From the NCBI GenBank assembly GCA_023249225.1, contig JAHFDA010000005.1:7995-71994 (forward strand): 64,000 nucleotides of DNA, given 5' to 3'. The translations under genes and the position numbers were made by a program. Shown here piece by piece: positions 20,901-28,737 of the stretch (position 1 is the first letter of the stretch; every line of letters begins with the position of its first letter). The notes below the pieces were generated by a model. That model searched no databases and was not told the DNA's origin. It worked only from the letters and a program-made list of their open reading frames with translations. The stretch is from a bacterium. GTDB lineage: Bacteria > Margulisbacteria > Marinamargulisbacteria > JAHFDA01.

Positions 20901-21364
20901 TGGTACGAGGAATTCTAGCCGCGCATCCCGAGTGGCTACAGGGCGCAAAAGACACCGAAGCAGTCAAAGATCCTTTCGAAAACCAGGCCTTGCATGTGCA
21001 TCTGCCTGCCGGGGCCATTGCCAAGGACGGTCCTTCGGCGGGCATGGCTATTACCCTGGCCATACTTTCGGCGCTAATCCAGAATCCGGTTAAGGGAAAC
21101 GTGTTCATGACGGGTGAAATTAGCCTGGACGGAAGTATTTTGCCGATTGGCGGCCTGCTTAAAAAACTGAATGCTGTGCGCCGTACCCAGTTTACGGATG
21201 CCAGCATGACCGGCGCCAAAAAAATAATCATCCTCCCCGAGGCCAATCAAACCGAATGGAATGACCTGCCCCAAGCGTTACGGGAACATCCGGAATTTGA
21301 AGTACATTTTGTCAGCAACATTGGCGAGGTTCTGCCCCTGGTGTTTGCTAAGGACCTTGGTTAA
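17942..21364 (+). CDS. Lon-like ATP-dependent serine protease with an unknown N-terminal domain and a degenerate ClpA/B-type AAA module (paralog 1)
   Basis: Lon AAA+ (GPPGTGKT, LGGVRDEAEIRGHRITYIG, LDEIEK, LLDPEQN) and protease domain (KDGPSAG, TGEISL, PIGGLLKK). Start moved to 17942 because the longer ORF overlaps the tRNA and this N-terminus aligns with paralog 2. Confidence 0.88.
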   Translation: MPTAWLLRRISSTDTIEGISIHSTAGIDLMFIKRAGLEKYLAHFLNDPPNLQIEAINAWESARDEHSTLLQGQFQDLVQNKAAVMRLQQALHEKPVSTQVVFLNLLALFEARALLRQCFHFENFFKQLCEQPLEELVQVNACLDLLHIDEMTCIQRVVKRQLQSPEVRNRIKTVLLKRNFPRDSKMQLTVWTYYFSVLLHLSPEDFVDECWQRYQVQIDLRQGERATLHSFHLLNYFHDVHPTLYQDLVATLDVDKLGRVISAAYKHWLGGLKLTKDQVTPPIHEDPTVNQIYSALRGALSAKDLSDCYEKMMAVAQTPRPAAKGGRPFVALDQLHADTHVPTGDTRLNVLERLSEQWGPKNGILLVSHRSGVGKERLICGQLARDLRQQQQRTRLLNDYYFESLPADAFIEDNYSLHKFFYSYLGYQKAHGCIALYLRHIEDVLAWTSSRSLFNQLAKAMHKGEFRLIAGVTYADLERLPEAFKEACHIIEVPEPAPEELEKILTDRLPQIAQEYQVEMDPLLLNVILQHPQRPGLTPNGEPQNSLTVLEGVAAFVRHRAGGAGVTAEDVDAFMQARSSSLNLGGSLRRRIEAANLPPHVLHDAQQKLSTIEENHSSEGIKYREWINLLLNLPWHHCHYPQQGSRQEIYERVCATIRTSYFGNDTLIKKLALKVAAGYKSGKGMYILLDGPPGTGKTLLAKTLAGALGVHFEHVALGGVRDEAEIRGHRITYIGSTPGRILKAMAKARNQHFVMCLDEIEKVETRGSQGDPQAALMELLDPEQNHAFTDTYLGHGFDFSKVIFVATANGTSSIHKPLLNRFEVFEMPGYTDEDKIQIARQFMIPIKLREQGLKAEQVRFGQDSVAEEALLRHIIEGYTWEVGTRDLKRVIENLLIPIRVMHEQTIETGQTFEMDQTYIKEQLGKPAKAPQLAGTPMVGQVNGLAWTAQRGSVLTIQVRMFAAKHQVQFTGNLEKVIGESCQVALTVVRGILAAHPEWLQGAKDTEAVKDPFENQALHVHLPAGAIAKDGPSAGMAITLAILSALIQNPVKGNVFMTGEISLDGSILPIGGLLKKLNAVRRTQFTDASMTGAKKIIILPEANQTEWNDLPQALREHPEFEVHFVSNIGEVLPLVFAKDLG

Positions 21365-21376
21365 TCCAAGAAAATT

Positions 21377-21583
21377 GTAACTATTCAGCCCTACCGTTGT
21401 TCGTAAGCCCAGTGGCAGGGCCACTGGGAGCTGGACAGAGGGCATTCCACTTCTAAGCCCAGGCAAGGCCTGGGGGCTTCGAACACGCAGGCCCTGCCTG
21501 CATGCCTGGAAAAAAAGTGCACATGTCCAGCTCGCATGCGGCCCTGCCGCTGTGCCTGCTATGTGGCAAAGCTGAATAGTTAC
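21377..21583. mobile_element. MITE family B copy 1 (13-bp TIR GTAACTATTCAGC)
   Basis: Perfect TIR GTAACTATTCAGC...GCTGAATAGTTAC, near-identical to 27707-27915; imperfect 8-bp flanks AGAAAATT/ATAAAATC. Confidence 0.85.
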
Positions 21584-21658
21584 ATAAAATCGCCCCGTTT
21601 AGAAAATCTAAAAAATCCGTTCAATTTTTATCAGGCCGCCTGCGATATTGCATTACTC

Positions 21659-24600
21659 ATGACTTGTCACCCTTTTTTATGGCACCGTGTTGCCGAGACC
21701 CAGCAGGTTACCCTGACCATTGAAAAAGAAGACCTCGACCGTGAAGCAGCGCTGCTTAAAGAGCACGGTTTGGCAGTTTACTTACAAGATTATTTTTTAA
21801 ATCAAGCGGATCTCCCGCGCTTAAAAAAATTAATGACCTTTCTTTTTGGACGTCAGGCTTTTCCGATGCTGCTTGAAACCGAACTTCAGAAATATGCGTC
21901 AAGCCGCAAGGCTTGCGCGCCCATTAAGGCTTTGTTCGATGCGCAAGATCTAAAAAACAAACTGGAGCTGTTGTGCCTGCTGGCAGCCCTGGGGCAGACC
22001 CGGCTGGTTGGCAGGCTGGTGACATTGCAGCAGTTGCTCGAAGGGGTTGCCCAACTTACGCCTAAACAGCGCGTTGGCGATGTGGCCCTGTTCGAAGCAT
22101 TGCTACCGCCGCTGCGAACAGCGTTGGCCCAGGCTTTTGAAATCCAGCTTTCAAGTCCGCTTGTTCGTAACCAAATTAAAACCCTGCTCTGTCGGCCCCC
22201 CGCGCACCCGCGACGGATCGGCGGCCGACGGGTTATGATCCGCGAGGATATTCCGCGTTTTAGATTGGATTACCTAAAAACGCTGCTGCTCTTTGGACAG
22301 GAACAGCTGGTGGCAGAGTCGTGGCAACGCTATCAATCGCATTTCGATGCAGACTCTGAACCGTCTGACTTTGACAGCTACGAATTGTTTATGGCGTTTG
22401 CCCAAAAAAGCCCAGAATTACTCCCTGATCTGGTGACCGCGCTAAAATCTGACCAACTGGCGCGCGTGGTACAACGCGAGTTTTGGCGCAACATGGCCAA
22501 GGCCGAAGCTGCTGCTCAAACAGAGACTACGCCCCCGGCTCAAAATCCTGAAACAGAAGAAACCCCTCAAACTTCTGCTCCCGCTTGTGATTTTGAATCC
22601 GGCCAAGAAGAAAGCGGAATGGTAGAAGAGCCTGTAAATACAGGAGCTACTTTAGACATAACCAATGACGAAGGCGCTGTTCTTGATCAAGAGGTACTCA
22701 ACCTGATGATGAACGCCTTAAGCGTGCGTTTGTCCGAGCACGAACGCTTGCGGCGCTTTTTTGAAATCTCAACCTTTGCCACAGTTGCCAAACCCGAGGA
22801 AATGGCGCTGGCGGGTTTTATGCCGCTGGGTGCGCCAGGCGAATATTTGCGCGACAAGGTTTATGTGGATACTCCCGCCCGCAGCGAAGCCCTGGACAAG
22901 CTCACGGAACAATGGGGGGCCAAACCGGGCATTATTCTGGTAAGCGATAAACCGGGCGTAGGCCAGGAGCTTATGCTACTGCGCCAACTTTGGCATGACC
23001 TCTTTACCATGAGTGCCCGCACGCGCTTGCTTAATGATGATGCGTTTTATACCGCCAATGGCGCCCGCCTGGCAGAATCCGATACGGGTCACGCGGCAGT
23101 GCATGCTTATACCAAATACCAGGGCTTGCACCGCAACGAAGTACTGTACCTGCGCAACGCGGGTGCAATGTTACAAAGCGACATGGGCGACCACTTGCTG
23201 GTGACCCTGGGTGAAGCCATGGAAGATCTGCGTTTTAAGATGATCCTGGGCGTGACACGCGAAGAACTACCTCTGCTGCCTGATGATGTGATCAAAAATT
23301 CACACATTATTGAACTGCCCGAAACCACCCTGCAAGAAACACGGCAAATCCTGCTTACCGAAATGACAAACCTTTCAAAAAAATACAACCTGAAAGTGAC
23401 AGAAGATTTTATAGATGCCTTGCTGGCACATCCAGCCCGGCGGAGTTTTACAGAATCGGGTGAACCCGAAAATTCCTTAACCCTGCTCGACCGTGTGTTG
23501 TCTTATGCTCGCCACCGTTACGACCAGAACCCACGTGTGGGCAATCAAGTTACGCCACAGGACTTGCAGCTTTTTGCCAACGAACATTTGCGTGTCGACA
23601 ATTTACTAAACGAAAAAAACCTGCGTAAGCGCGCCGAAAAACTTAATCTGCCTCCGCAGGTGCGGCGCGAGGTGCTGGACAAATTATCCAAGACAGAGGC
23701 ATCCATGTTTGGAGGTTCCGAAGGCGGTAAAGACATTGAATGGGTCGAACAGGTGCTGCGCCTGCCTTGGGGGCAAATGACGCCAGAATCCACTGCCGCA
23801 GCAGATGTTAGCTTTGAACACATCATGCAGACGGTGGATCAAGAATATTTCATCGACGAACTAAACCGTGAGGTGGTCGAAGACATTGCCGAAAATATCG
23901 CCAGCCGCCGTGCCGATGGAAAAGCCAACATGGTGCTTTTGGTGGGTGATCCCGGGGTGGGTAAAACCGGCCTGGCCAAGGCTCTGGCCAAGGCGCTGAA
24001 CCGCAAGCTGGCCGTGGTCAGTTTAGGTGGCGTACATGCCGAAGGGGAAATCCGGGGACACAGTCTTACCTATATTGGTGCCCAGGCGGGTCGCATCATG
24101 AAATCACTGATGGAAGTTGGCGTAGACAATCCGGTCATGGTGCTGGATGAAATGGATAAAATGACGGTAAGTTTAAATGGCGATCCGGCCGCCGCCCTGC
24201 TTGAGGTTCTGGACCCCGAACAAAACCAGAACTTTCGTGATCATTATTTTGATTTTCCGTACGATCTTTCAAAAGTCATCTTTATCGCCACCGCCAATGA
24301 GCTTGATCCCATCCGCCCCGCCTTGCTTGACCGTATCCAGGTGCATGAACTTAAAGGCTACAGCGTAGGCGACAAAGTAAAAATGGCCTATAAGTTTATT
24401 CTGCCCCGCATTTTCAAGAGCCTGGGCATCAGTGCGGAACAAGTTCGTCTGGGTCATGATGACGCCGAAGGCGAGCGCCTGCTGCAGTTGATTATTGCCG
24501 AGTACACGCGTGAGATGGGTGTGCGTAAGTACGAACAGAATTTTGCCAGGGTGTTGCGCCGGGCCTATGTGCGTGAGCTTTCATCGCATCAGGGACCAGG

Positions 24601-25339
24601 GCCCTTGATCATAACCGAGGCGCTCATTAGACAAACACTGCGTGCACCACGCGTGATGCCTCATATTTCGGGCGTGCCCACTGTGGGCCGCGTCAACGGT
24701 TTGGCCTTTGACAGTCTGCGGGGCTCGGTATTGCCGTATGAAACTCATGTGGAGCAGGGTTCGGGCCAGTTTCGGCATACCGGCAGGCACGGCGACATGT
24801 CTAAAGATGCTTTTGTGGTGGCCAAATCGGTTGTGCAGCAAATGTTTCATCGTTACCCCGCTTTGCGGGAAGCATTCTCAAAGAAGTTTCTGGACCCAAG
24901 AAAACCGTTGAGACCCAATGAAGACCCCTTTAGAAGGGTGGATATCCATGTGCATGTCCCTGATATTTACGATGGCATTGACGGCCCTTCGGCGGGCAAC
25001 ACCAAGGCCCTGTCATTGGTGTCGGCCATGACCGGCATTCCGGTACACGGGCATGTTTTTATGACCGGAGCTTTAAAGCTCACTGATCGCGAGGCGGGGA
25101 TCATTGGAGGCTTGCTCAAAAAATTTACTGCGGCCATCAGCATTGTATTTACCGATCCTGCTGCGCCCAAAAACCGTATCATCATTGTGCCCGAGGACAA
25201 CCGCTCGGAATACAATGAACTCCCCCGTGAAATCCGGGAGCATCCGGGCCTCGAGGTTATCTTTTGCAAGCACTTTGATGAGTACGCAAAAATTGCCTTG
25301 GTGGAGGGGGACAAGTTTCTTACTCCAGCATCTTCTTAA
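21659..25339 (+). CDS. Lon-like ATP-dependent serine protease with an unknown N-terminal domain and a degenerate ClpA/B-type AAA module (paralog 2)
   Basis: GDPGVGKT, LGGVHAEGEIRGHSLTYIG, LDEMDK, LEVLDPEQN, DGPSAG and IGGLLKK motifs. The ORF-track start (21536) lies inside the MITE, so ATG 21659 is preferred. Confidence 0.88.
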   Translation: MTCHPFLWHRVAETQQVTLTIEKEDLDREAALLKEHGLAVYLQDYFLNQADLPRLKKLMTFLFGRQAFPMLLETELQKYASSRKACAPIKALFDAQDLKNKLELLCLLAALGQTRLVGRLVTLQQLLEGVAQLTPKQRVGDVALFEALLPPLRTALAQAFEIQLSSPLVRNQIKTLLCRPPAHPRRIGGRRVMIREDIPRFRLDYLKTLLLFGQEQLVAESWQRYQSHFDADSEPSDFDSYELFMAFAQKSPELLPDLVTALKSDQLARVVQREFWRNMAKAEAAAQTETTPPAQNPETEETPQTSAPACDFESGQEESGMVEEPVNTGATLDITNDEGAVLDQEVLNLMMNALSVRLSEHERLRRFFEISTFATVAKPEEMALAGFMPLGAPGEYLRDKVYVDTPARSEALDKLTEQWGAKPGIILVSDKPGVGQELMLLRQLWHDLFTMSARTRLLNDDAFYTANGARLAESDTGHAAVHAYTKYQGLHRNEVLYLRNAGAMLQSDMGDHLLVTLGEAMEDLRFKMILGVTREELPLLPDDVIKNSHIIELPETTLQETRQILLTEMTNLSKKYNLKVTEDFIDALLAHPARRSFTESGEPENSLTLLDRVLSYARHRYDQNPRVGNQVTPQDLQLFANEHLRVDNLLNEKNLRKRAEKLNLPPQVRREVLDKLSKTEASMFGGSEGGKDIEWVEQVLRLPWGQMTPESTAAADVSFEHIMQTVDQEYFIDELNREVVEDIAENIASRRADGKANMVLLVGDPGVGKTGLAKALAKALNRKLAVVSLGGVHAEGEIRGHSLTYIGAQAGRIMKSLMEVGVDNPVMVLDEMDKMTVSLNGDPAAALLEVLDPEQNQNFRDHYFDFPYDLSKVIFIATANELDPIRPALLDRIQVHELKGYSVGDKVKMAYKFILPRIFKSLGISAEQVRLGHDDAEGERLLQLIIAEYTREMGVRKYEQNFARVLRRAYVRELSSHQGPGPLIITEALIRQTLRAPRVMPHISGVPTVGRVNGLAFDSLRGSVLPYETHVEQGSGQFRHTGRHGDMSKDAFVVAKSVVQQMFHRYPALREAFSKKFLDPRKPLRPNEDPFRRVDIHVHVPDIYDGIDGPSAGNTKALSLVSAMTGIPVHGHVFMTGALKLTDREAGIIGGLLKKFTAAISIVFTDPAAPKNRIIIVPEDNRSEYNELPREIREHPGLEVIFCKHFDEYAKIALVEGDKFLTPASS

Positions 25340-25616
25340 GTACCCCTGACGAAATGCGGGCAAGACCGTACGCGATGGCCAGATTAATAACCGAAATCAC
25401 CGCATAAAACTTGCCGCTGTAATAAAAAAAAGCCAGTTCAATCAGGGCAAAGTATGCACCAGCAAAGTAGAGGATAAGTTGCCAGTCTCCGGGAACATGT
25501 GACCAGTACCTGGTAATTAGCCCCCCTATTTTTTTAGCATAGAACGCTCCCCTCTCCCGCAAAATGGTTTTTTTGTGGGAGAGGGGTTGGGGGTTTGCCT
25601 TAATGGGACTACTCAT
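25320..25616 (-). CDS. Small hypothetical membrane protein (2 predicted TM)
   Basis: Hydrophobic C-terminal half, downstream of the pilin genes; start uncertain. Confidence 0.4.
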   Translation of the reverse strand: MSSPIKANPQPLSHKKTILRERGAFYAKKIGGLITRYWSHVPGDWQLILYFAGAYFALIELAFFYYSGKFYAVISVINLAIAYGLARISSGVLKKMLE

Positions 25617-25968
25617 GCGTCCCATGTCCTGCCATCAAAAGTCTGTGATCTGCTCCCAACTCCCACGCGCTGCCCTGGTTGCAATACAACGGCTTGGCGG
25701 CATCGGACTGGCTGATCTCTGGAAAGTACTTTTCGTATTCCAACCACTCTGCTGGAATCATAGACTTGGGATAAACCCCATCGTTGTCCATACTGTAAAG
25801 CTCGATTTGCGTATTTAACTGTAAGCGCTCCTGCTGGTGGGCTTGTTTGACCAGCACGTCTTCTGGTTTCTTAAAGATGGGTACCAGCGCTGTCAAACCC
25901 AACAGCAGTACCAAACCTACAATCACGAGATCCAGTTTAGAAACTTTAGCGGACTTTTTTTCGGCCAT
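25609..25968 (-). CDS. Pilin-like protein with a non-canonical N-terminus
   Basis: TM helix followed by AHQQERLQLNTQIELY..D.G.YP, homologous to the neighbouring pilins, but lacking the G|FxxxE cleavage motif. Confidence 0.7.
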   Translation of the reverse strand: MAEKKSAKVSKLDLVIVGLVLLLGLTALVPIFKKPEDVLVKQAHQQERLQLNTQIELYSMDNDGVYPKSMIPAEWLEYEKYFPEISQSDAAKPLYCNQGSAWELGADHRLLMAGHGTHE

Positions 25969-26015
25969 CCAAGGTTATTGTAGCGGCAAGGCAGGCCTTG
26001 CCGCTACCGGGCTAG

Positions 26016-26155
26016 CCCGCACTATTCATACTTTACTCGTAGCCCGCTAAATGCGCGGGCTGCGTGAAGTAAAGGATGCTTCGAAAGTATGCATTATTCA
26101 CGATATGCGGGTTCCCGTGTGTAATAGTCCGCTTCATATGCGTGAATAATCCAGG
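26016..26155 (-). mobile_element. MITE family A, long copy with about 65 bp of extra internal hairpin-rich sequence
   Basis: Ends CCCGCACTATTCA...TGAATAATCCAGG, flanked by a CTAG/CTAG 4-bp direct repeat. Confidence 0.8.
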
Positions 26156-26548
26156 CTAGGTCGACAACTCGTGTTTATCACCCACAGCCGTATGATCACC
26201 TAAAATATTAACCAAGGTAATACGGTTTGTGGCCGCAATGACCCAAGCCGTAGGAGCGGCGGCGTTACAATTGGCGGGCACAGTTGCAGTCCCTTGGGCA
26301 TTTGGCCAATATTTAGCCGCCACGGCCGCGCCACCCCAACCAGCGGTGGTCATGGCCGTAGGATAACTGCCGATGTTCGTATAATAACTTTCAATCTGCT
26401 TGTCGATATTGTTACGATCATATTTATGTGAATTGGCTTTGGAATTGGCGCTACTAGAACTGAACCGGGGCAATACCACGGCCGCCAAAATTCCCAGGAT
26501 CGAGATCACAATTAACATTTCGATTAACGTAAAACCTTTGTTTTTCAT
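26156..26548 (-). CDS. Type IV pilin (paralog of 27045-27437)
   Basis: MKNKG|FTLIEMLIV class III signal peptide. Confidence 0.92.
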   Translation of the reverse strand: MKNKGFTLIEMLIVISILGILAAVVLPRFSSSSANSKANSHKYDRNNIDKQIESYYTNIGSYPTAMTTAGWGGAAVAAKYWPNAQGTATVPANCNAAAPTAWVIAATNRITLVNILGDHTAVGDKHELST

Positions 26549-26571
26549 TGCACGCTACCTTTCGGTGATGC

Positions 26572-26958
26572 CTAGGTCGTGTTTTCATGCTTGTCGCCAG
26601 CTGCATGGTGCCCGTTGATCATGTCGGCCATAATGACGCGGCCATTGGCATCCAGCACCCAATTGGTTTTTTGGTTGCACTGCCAGGTAGCCCCGCCACT
26701 TAAAGTTGTATCCGGAAAATACGTCTGAAACGTAACCTGCCCACCCCAGCCAACATAGGTCATGGCACTAGGTATCGAGCCAATATCGGTCTGATATAGC
26801 TCGGACTGGGTGTTAATCAGACTGCGTTCAGTCATGTGGGCATTTTTTTTGGCATCGTCGGAACTACCCGTAAAACGCGGCAAAACAATGGCCGCCAGCA
26901 CCCCTAAAATGGTGACCACAATTAATATCTCGACCAGCGAAAAACCCTTATTTTTCAT
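26572..26958 (-). CDS. Type IV pilin
   Basis: MKNKG|FSLVEILIV class III signal peptide. Confidence 0.92.
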   Translation of the reverse strand: MKNKGFSLVEILIVVTILGVLAAIVLPRFTGSSDDAKKNAHMTERSLINTQSELYQTDIGSIPSAMTYVGWGGQVTFQTYFPDTTLSGGATWQCNQKTNWVLDANGRVIMADMINGHHAAGDKHENTT

Positions 26959-26988
26959 ATGACAACCCCCAATCAGATAGACCTCTCT

Positions 26989-27020
26989 AAAAAAAGACCC
27001 TGGTGTTACCCAGGGTCTTT
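26989..27020 (-). terminator. Rho-independent terminator after the first (probably major) pilin
   Basis: AAAGACCCTGG-N6-CCAGGGTCTTT hairpin followed by a T-run on the minus strand. Confidence 0.8.
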
Positions 27021-27044
27021 CAGCACTTCAGCAAGTCACTGTCA

Positions 27045-27437
27045 TTAAGAGGTGAGCTCGTGTTTATCGCCCACAGCTGTATGATCACCTGCGGTATTAA
27101 CCAAGGTAATACGGTTTGTGGCTGAAATCGTCCAAGCCGTAGCCGCTGTAGCATTACACACAGCAGGCACAGAGGTAGCACCCTGTGAATTTGGCCAGTA
27201 TTTAACCGCCACGGCCGCGCCACCCCAACCAGCGGTGGTCATGGCCGTAGGATAACTTCCATTGTCGGCATAAAAGTTTTCAATTTGTTTGTCGATATTA
27301 TTGCGATCATACTTATGTGAATTAGCCTTGGAATTGGCTGTGCTGGCGGTAAACCTGGGCAATACCACCGCCGCCAAAATACCCAGGATGGTCACCACGA
27401 TTAACATTTCAATCAGCGTAAACCCTTTTTTATTCAT
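27045..27437 (-). CDS. Type IV pilin, probable major pilin
   Basis: MNKKG|FTLIEMLIV, strong AAGGAG RBS, and its own promoter and terminator. Confidence 0.92.
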   Translation of the reverse strand: MNKKGFTLIEMLIVVTILGILAAVVLPRFTASTANSKANSHKYDRNNIDKQIENFYADNGSYPTAMTTAGWGGAAVAVKYWPNSQGATSVPAVCNATAATAWTISATNRITLVNTAGDHTAVGDKHELTS

Positions 27438-27476
27438 AACTCTTCTCCTTTATTTTTTTTATTTCCTTTAAGCCCT

Positions 27477-27503
27477 TTATCGGATCTATGGTTTTAAAAC
27501 TTG
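27477..27503 (-). promoter_or_regulatory. Putative sigma28-like promoter of the pilin genes
   Basis: CAAGTTT-N12-TCCGATAA on the minus strand; compare sigma28 TAAAGTTT-N11-GCCGATAA. Confidence 0.55.
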
Positions 27504-27687
27504 CATTCAGAATTTTTCTTTTTTAATAATACCCAATATTTAAGCGGTTTAAACATGAAAATTTATGGGCTTTGTAAATTTTATGGCGTGCGTAATTATG
27601 CTTAAAAACTACCACTCCGCCTTTCAGGCACCCTTAAGCCAGCTCCCTCTCTCCGTAATCCAACAAACCGCAGAGTTGTAACACCTT

Positions 27688-27927
27688 TTCATATGCGTGA
27701 ATAATCGTAACTATTCAGCCTTACCGTTGTTCGTAATCCCAGTGGCAGGGCCACTGGGCGCTGGACAGAGGGCATTCCACTTTTAAGCCCAGGCAAGGCC
27801 TGGGGGTTTCAGAACACGCAGGCCCTGCCTGCATGCCTGGAAAAAAAGTGCACATGTCCAGCTCGCATGCGGCCCCTGCCGCTGTGCCTGGTATGTGGCA
27901 AAGCTGAATAGTTACGAATAATCCAGG
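27688..27927 (-). mobile_element. Solo end of MITE/IS family A, interrupted by MITE B
   Basis: TTCATATGCGTGAATAATC[MITE B]GAATAATCCAGG matches the family A end. Confidence 0.7.
27707..27915. mobile_element. MITE family B copy 2 with a perfect 8-bp target duplication
   Basis: 13-bp TIR; GAATAATC at 27699-27706 and 27916-27923. Confidence 0.88.
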
Positions 27928-28737
27928 TCAAGTAATGTCTTTTTTCGCCAAAATCATTAAAAATACCATCAAAACCACCAAAACATAGCTTACCCCATAC
28001 AGACAAACCAGAGCCATTTCAGAAGATGAGGCCGACACCTGATAGGCGGTGTCACTTAAAAAATTAAGCGTGCTGAAGTCTGGCAAAAGGTGGTAAACAC
28101 CAATTAACACGGGCTGTATCCATGTCTGCGCATCCTCTGCGAGCTGTCTAAAATCATGGCTCAAGGCACCCAGGCCCCACAAACCAAAGGAACTGAATAA
28201 GATTAAAAACTCCGATTCCATCACAAAACATAAAATCATCACCCCCACGGCCTGCATGCAGGCGGCCAGGGCAAAGGCCAGGCTGGCCCACACCACCAGG
28301 GGTATCCAGGCTTGCAAATTTCCGTGGGCGTGCTCAAGTTGGTGATGTATAAAAAAACCAAGTGTCACAAGCAAAATTCCGCAAAACAATATGGCCGATT
28401 CAAAAATAGTGGCCGCAATACCTAGAAACTTTCCAAGTACGTAGCTATGCCTTGGCAAGGGCATTGAAAGCAAGACTGGCAGGGTCTTTTGTTTTTTGTC
28501 GTTGATAATGGTCTGAAAAGTAAAAAAGATGGCAATGATAAATAAACCCATGCTAAGCGTACTTAAGCCGCCATCGATCAGTAGCTTGTAATAAGTGGCA
28601 ATATCGCTGCTGTGGATGTATTCAGACAGCGCATACGTTAAGGTCACCATCACAAAGGCAAAAAATGCAGTCAGCCACAGGACTTTTCCGCGCCAGGCTT
28701 CTAGCAGGGTCATGCGGGCAATAGATAAAATATTCAT
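27928..28737 (-). CDS. ABC-2 type permease (PilI/Xap-like)
   Basis: Multi-TM protein with LLSMPLPRHSYVLGKFLG; ATGA overlap with the ATPase gene. Confidence 0.85.
   Translation of the reverse strand: MNILSIARMTLLEAWRGKVLWLTAFFAFVMVTLTYALSEYIHSSDIATYYKLLIDGGLSTLSMGLFIIAIFFTFQTIINDKKQKTLPVLLSMPLPRHSYVLGKFLGIAATIFESAILFCGILLVTLGFFIHHQLEHAHGNLQAWIPLVVWASLAFALAACMQAVGVMILCFVMESEFLILFSSFGLWGLGALSHDFRQLAEDAQTWIQPVLIGVYHLLPDFSTLNFLSDTAYQVSASSSEMALVCLYGVSYVLVVLMVFLMILAKKDIT

Noticed and set aside
21536..21658. N-terminal extension of the second Lon-like ORF
   Set aside because: The ATG lies inside MITE B; homology to paralog 1 begins near 21659.
25549..25586. CCCCTCTCCC...GGGAGAGGGG hairpin
   Set aside because: A single copy of a common REP-like hairpin; no further support in the window.
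26156..27437. Pilin twins as a DGR template/variable repeat or shufflon
   Set aside because: Differences are not confined to adenines, both copies are full ORFs in the same orientation, and there is no reverse transcriptase or invertase in the window.
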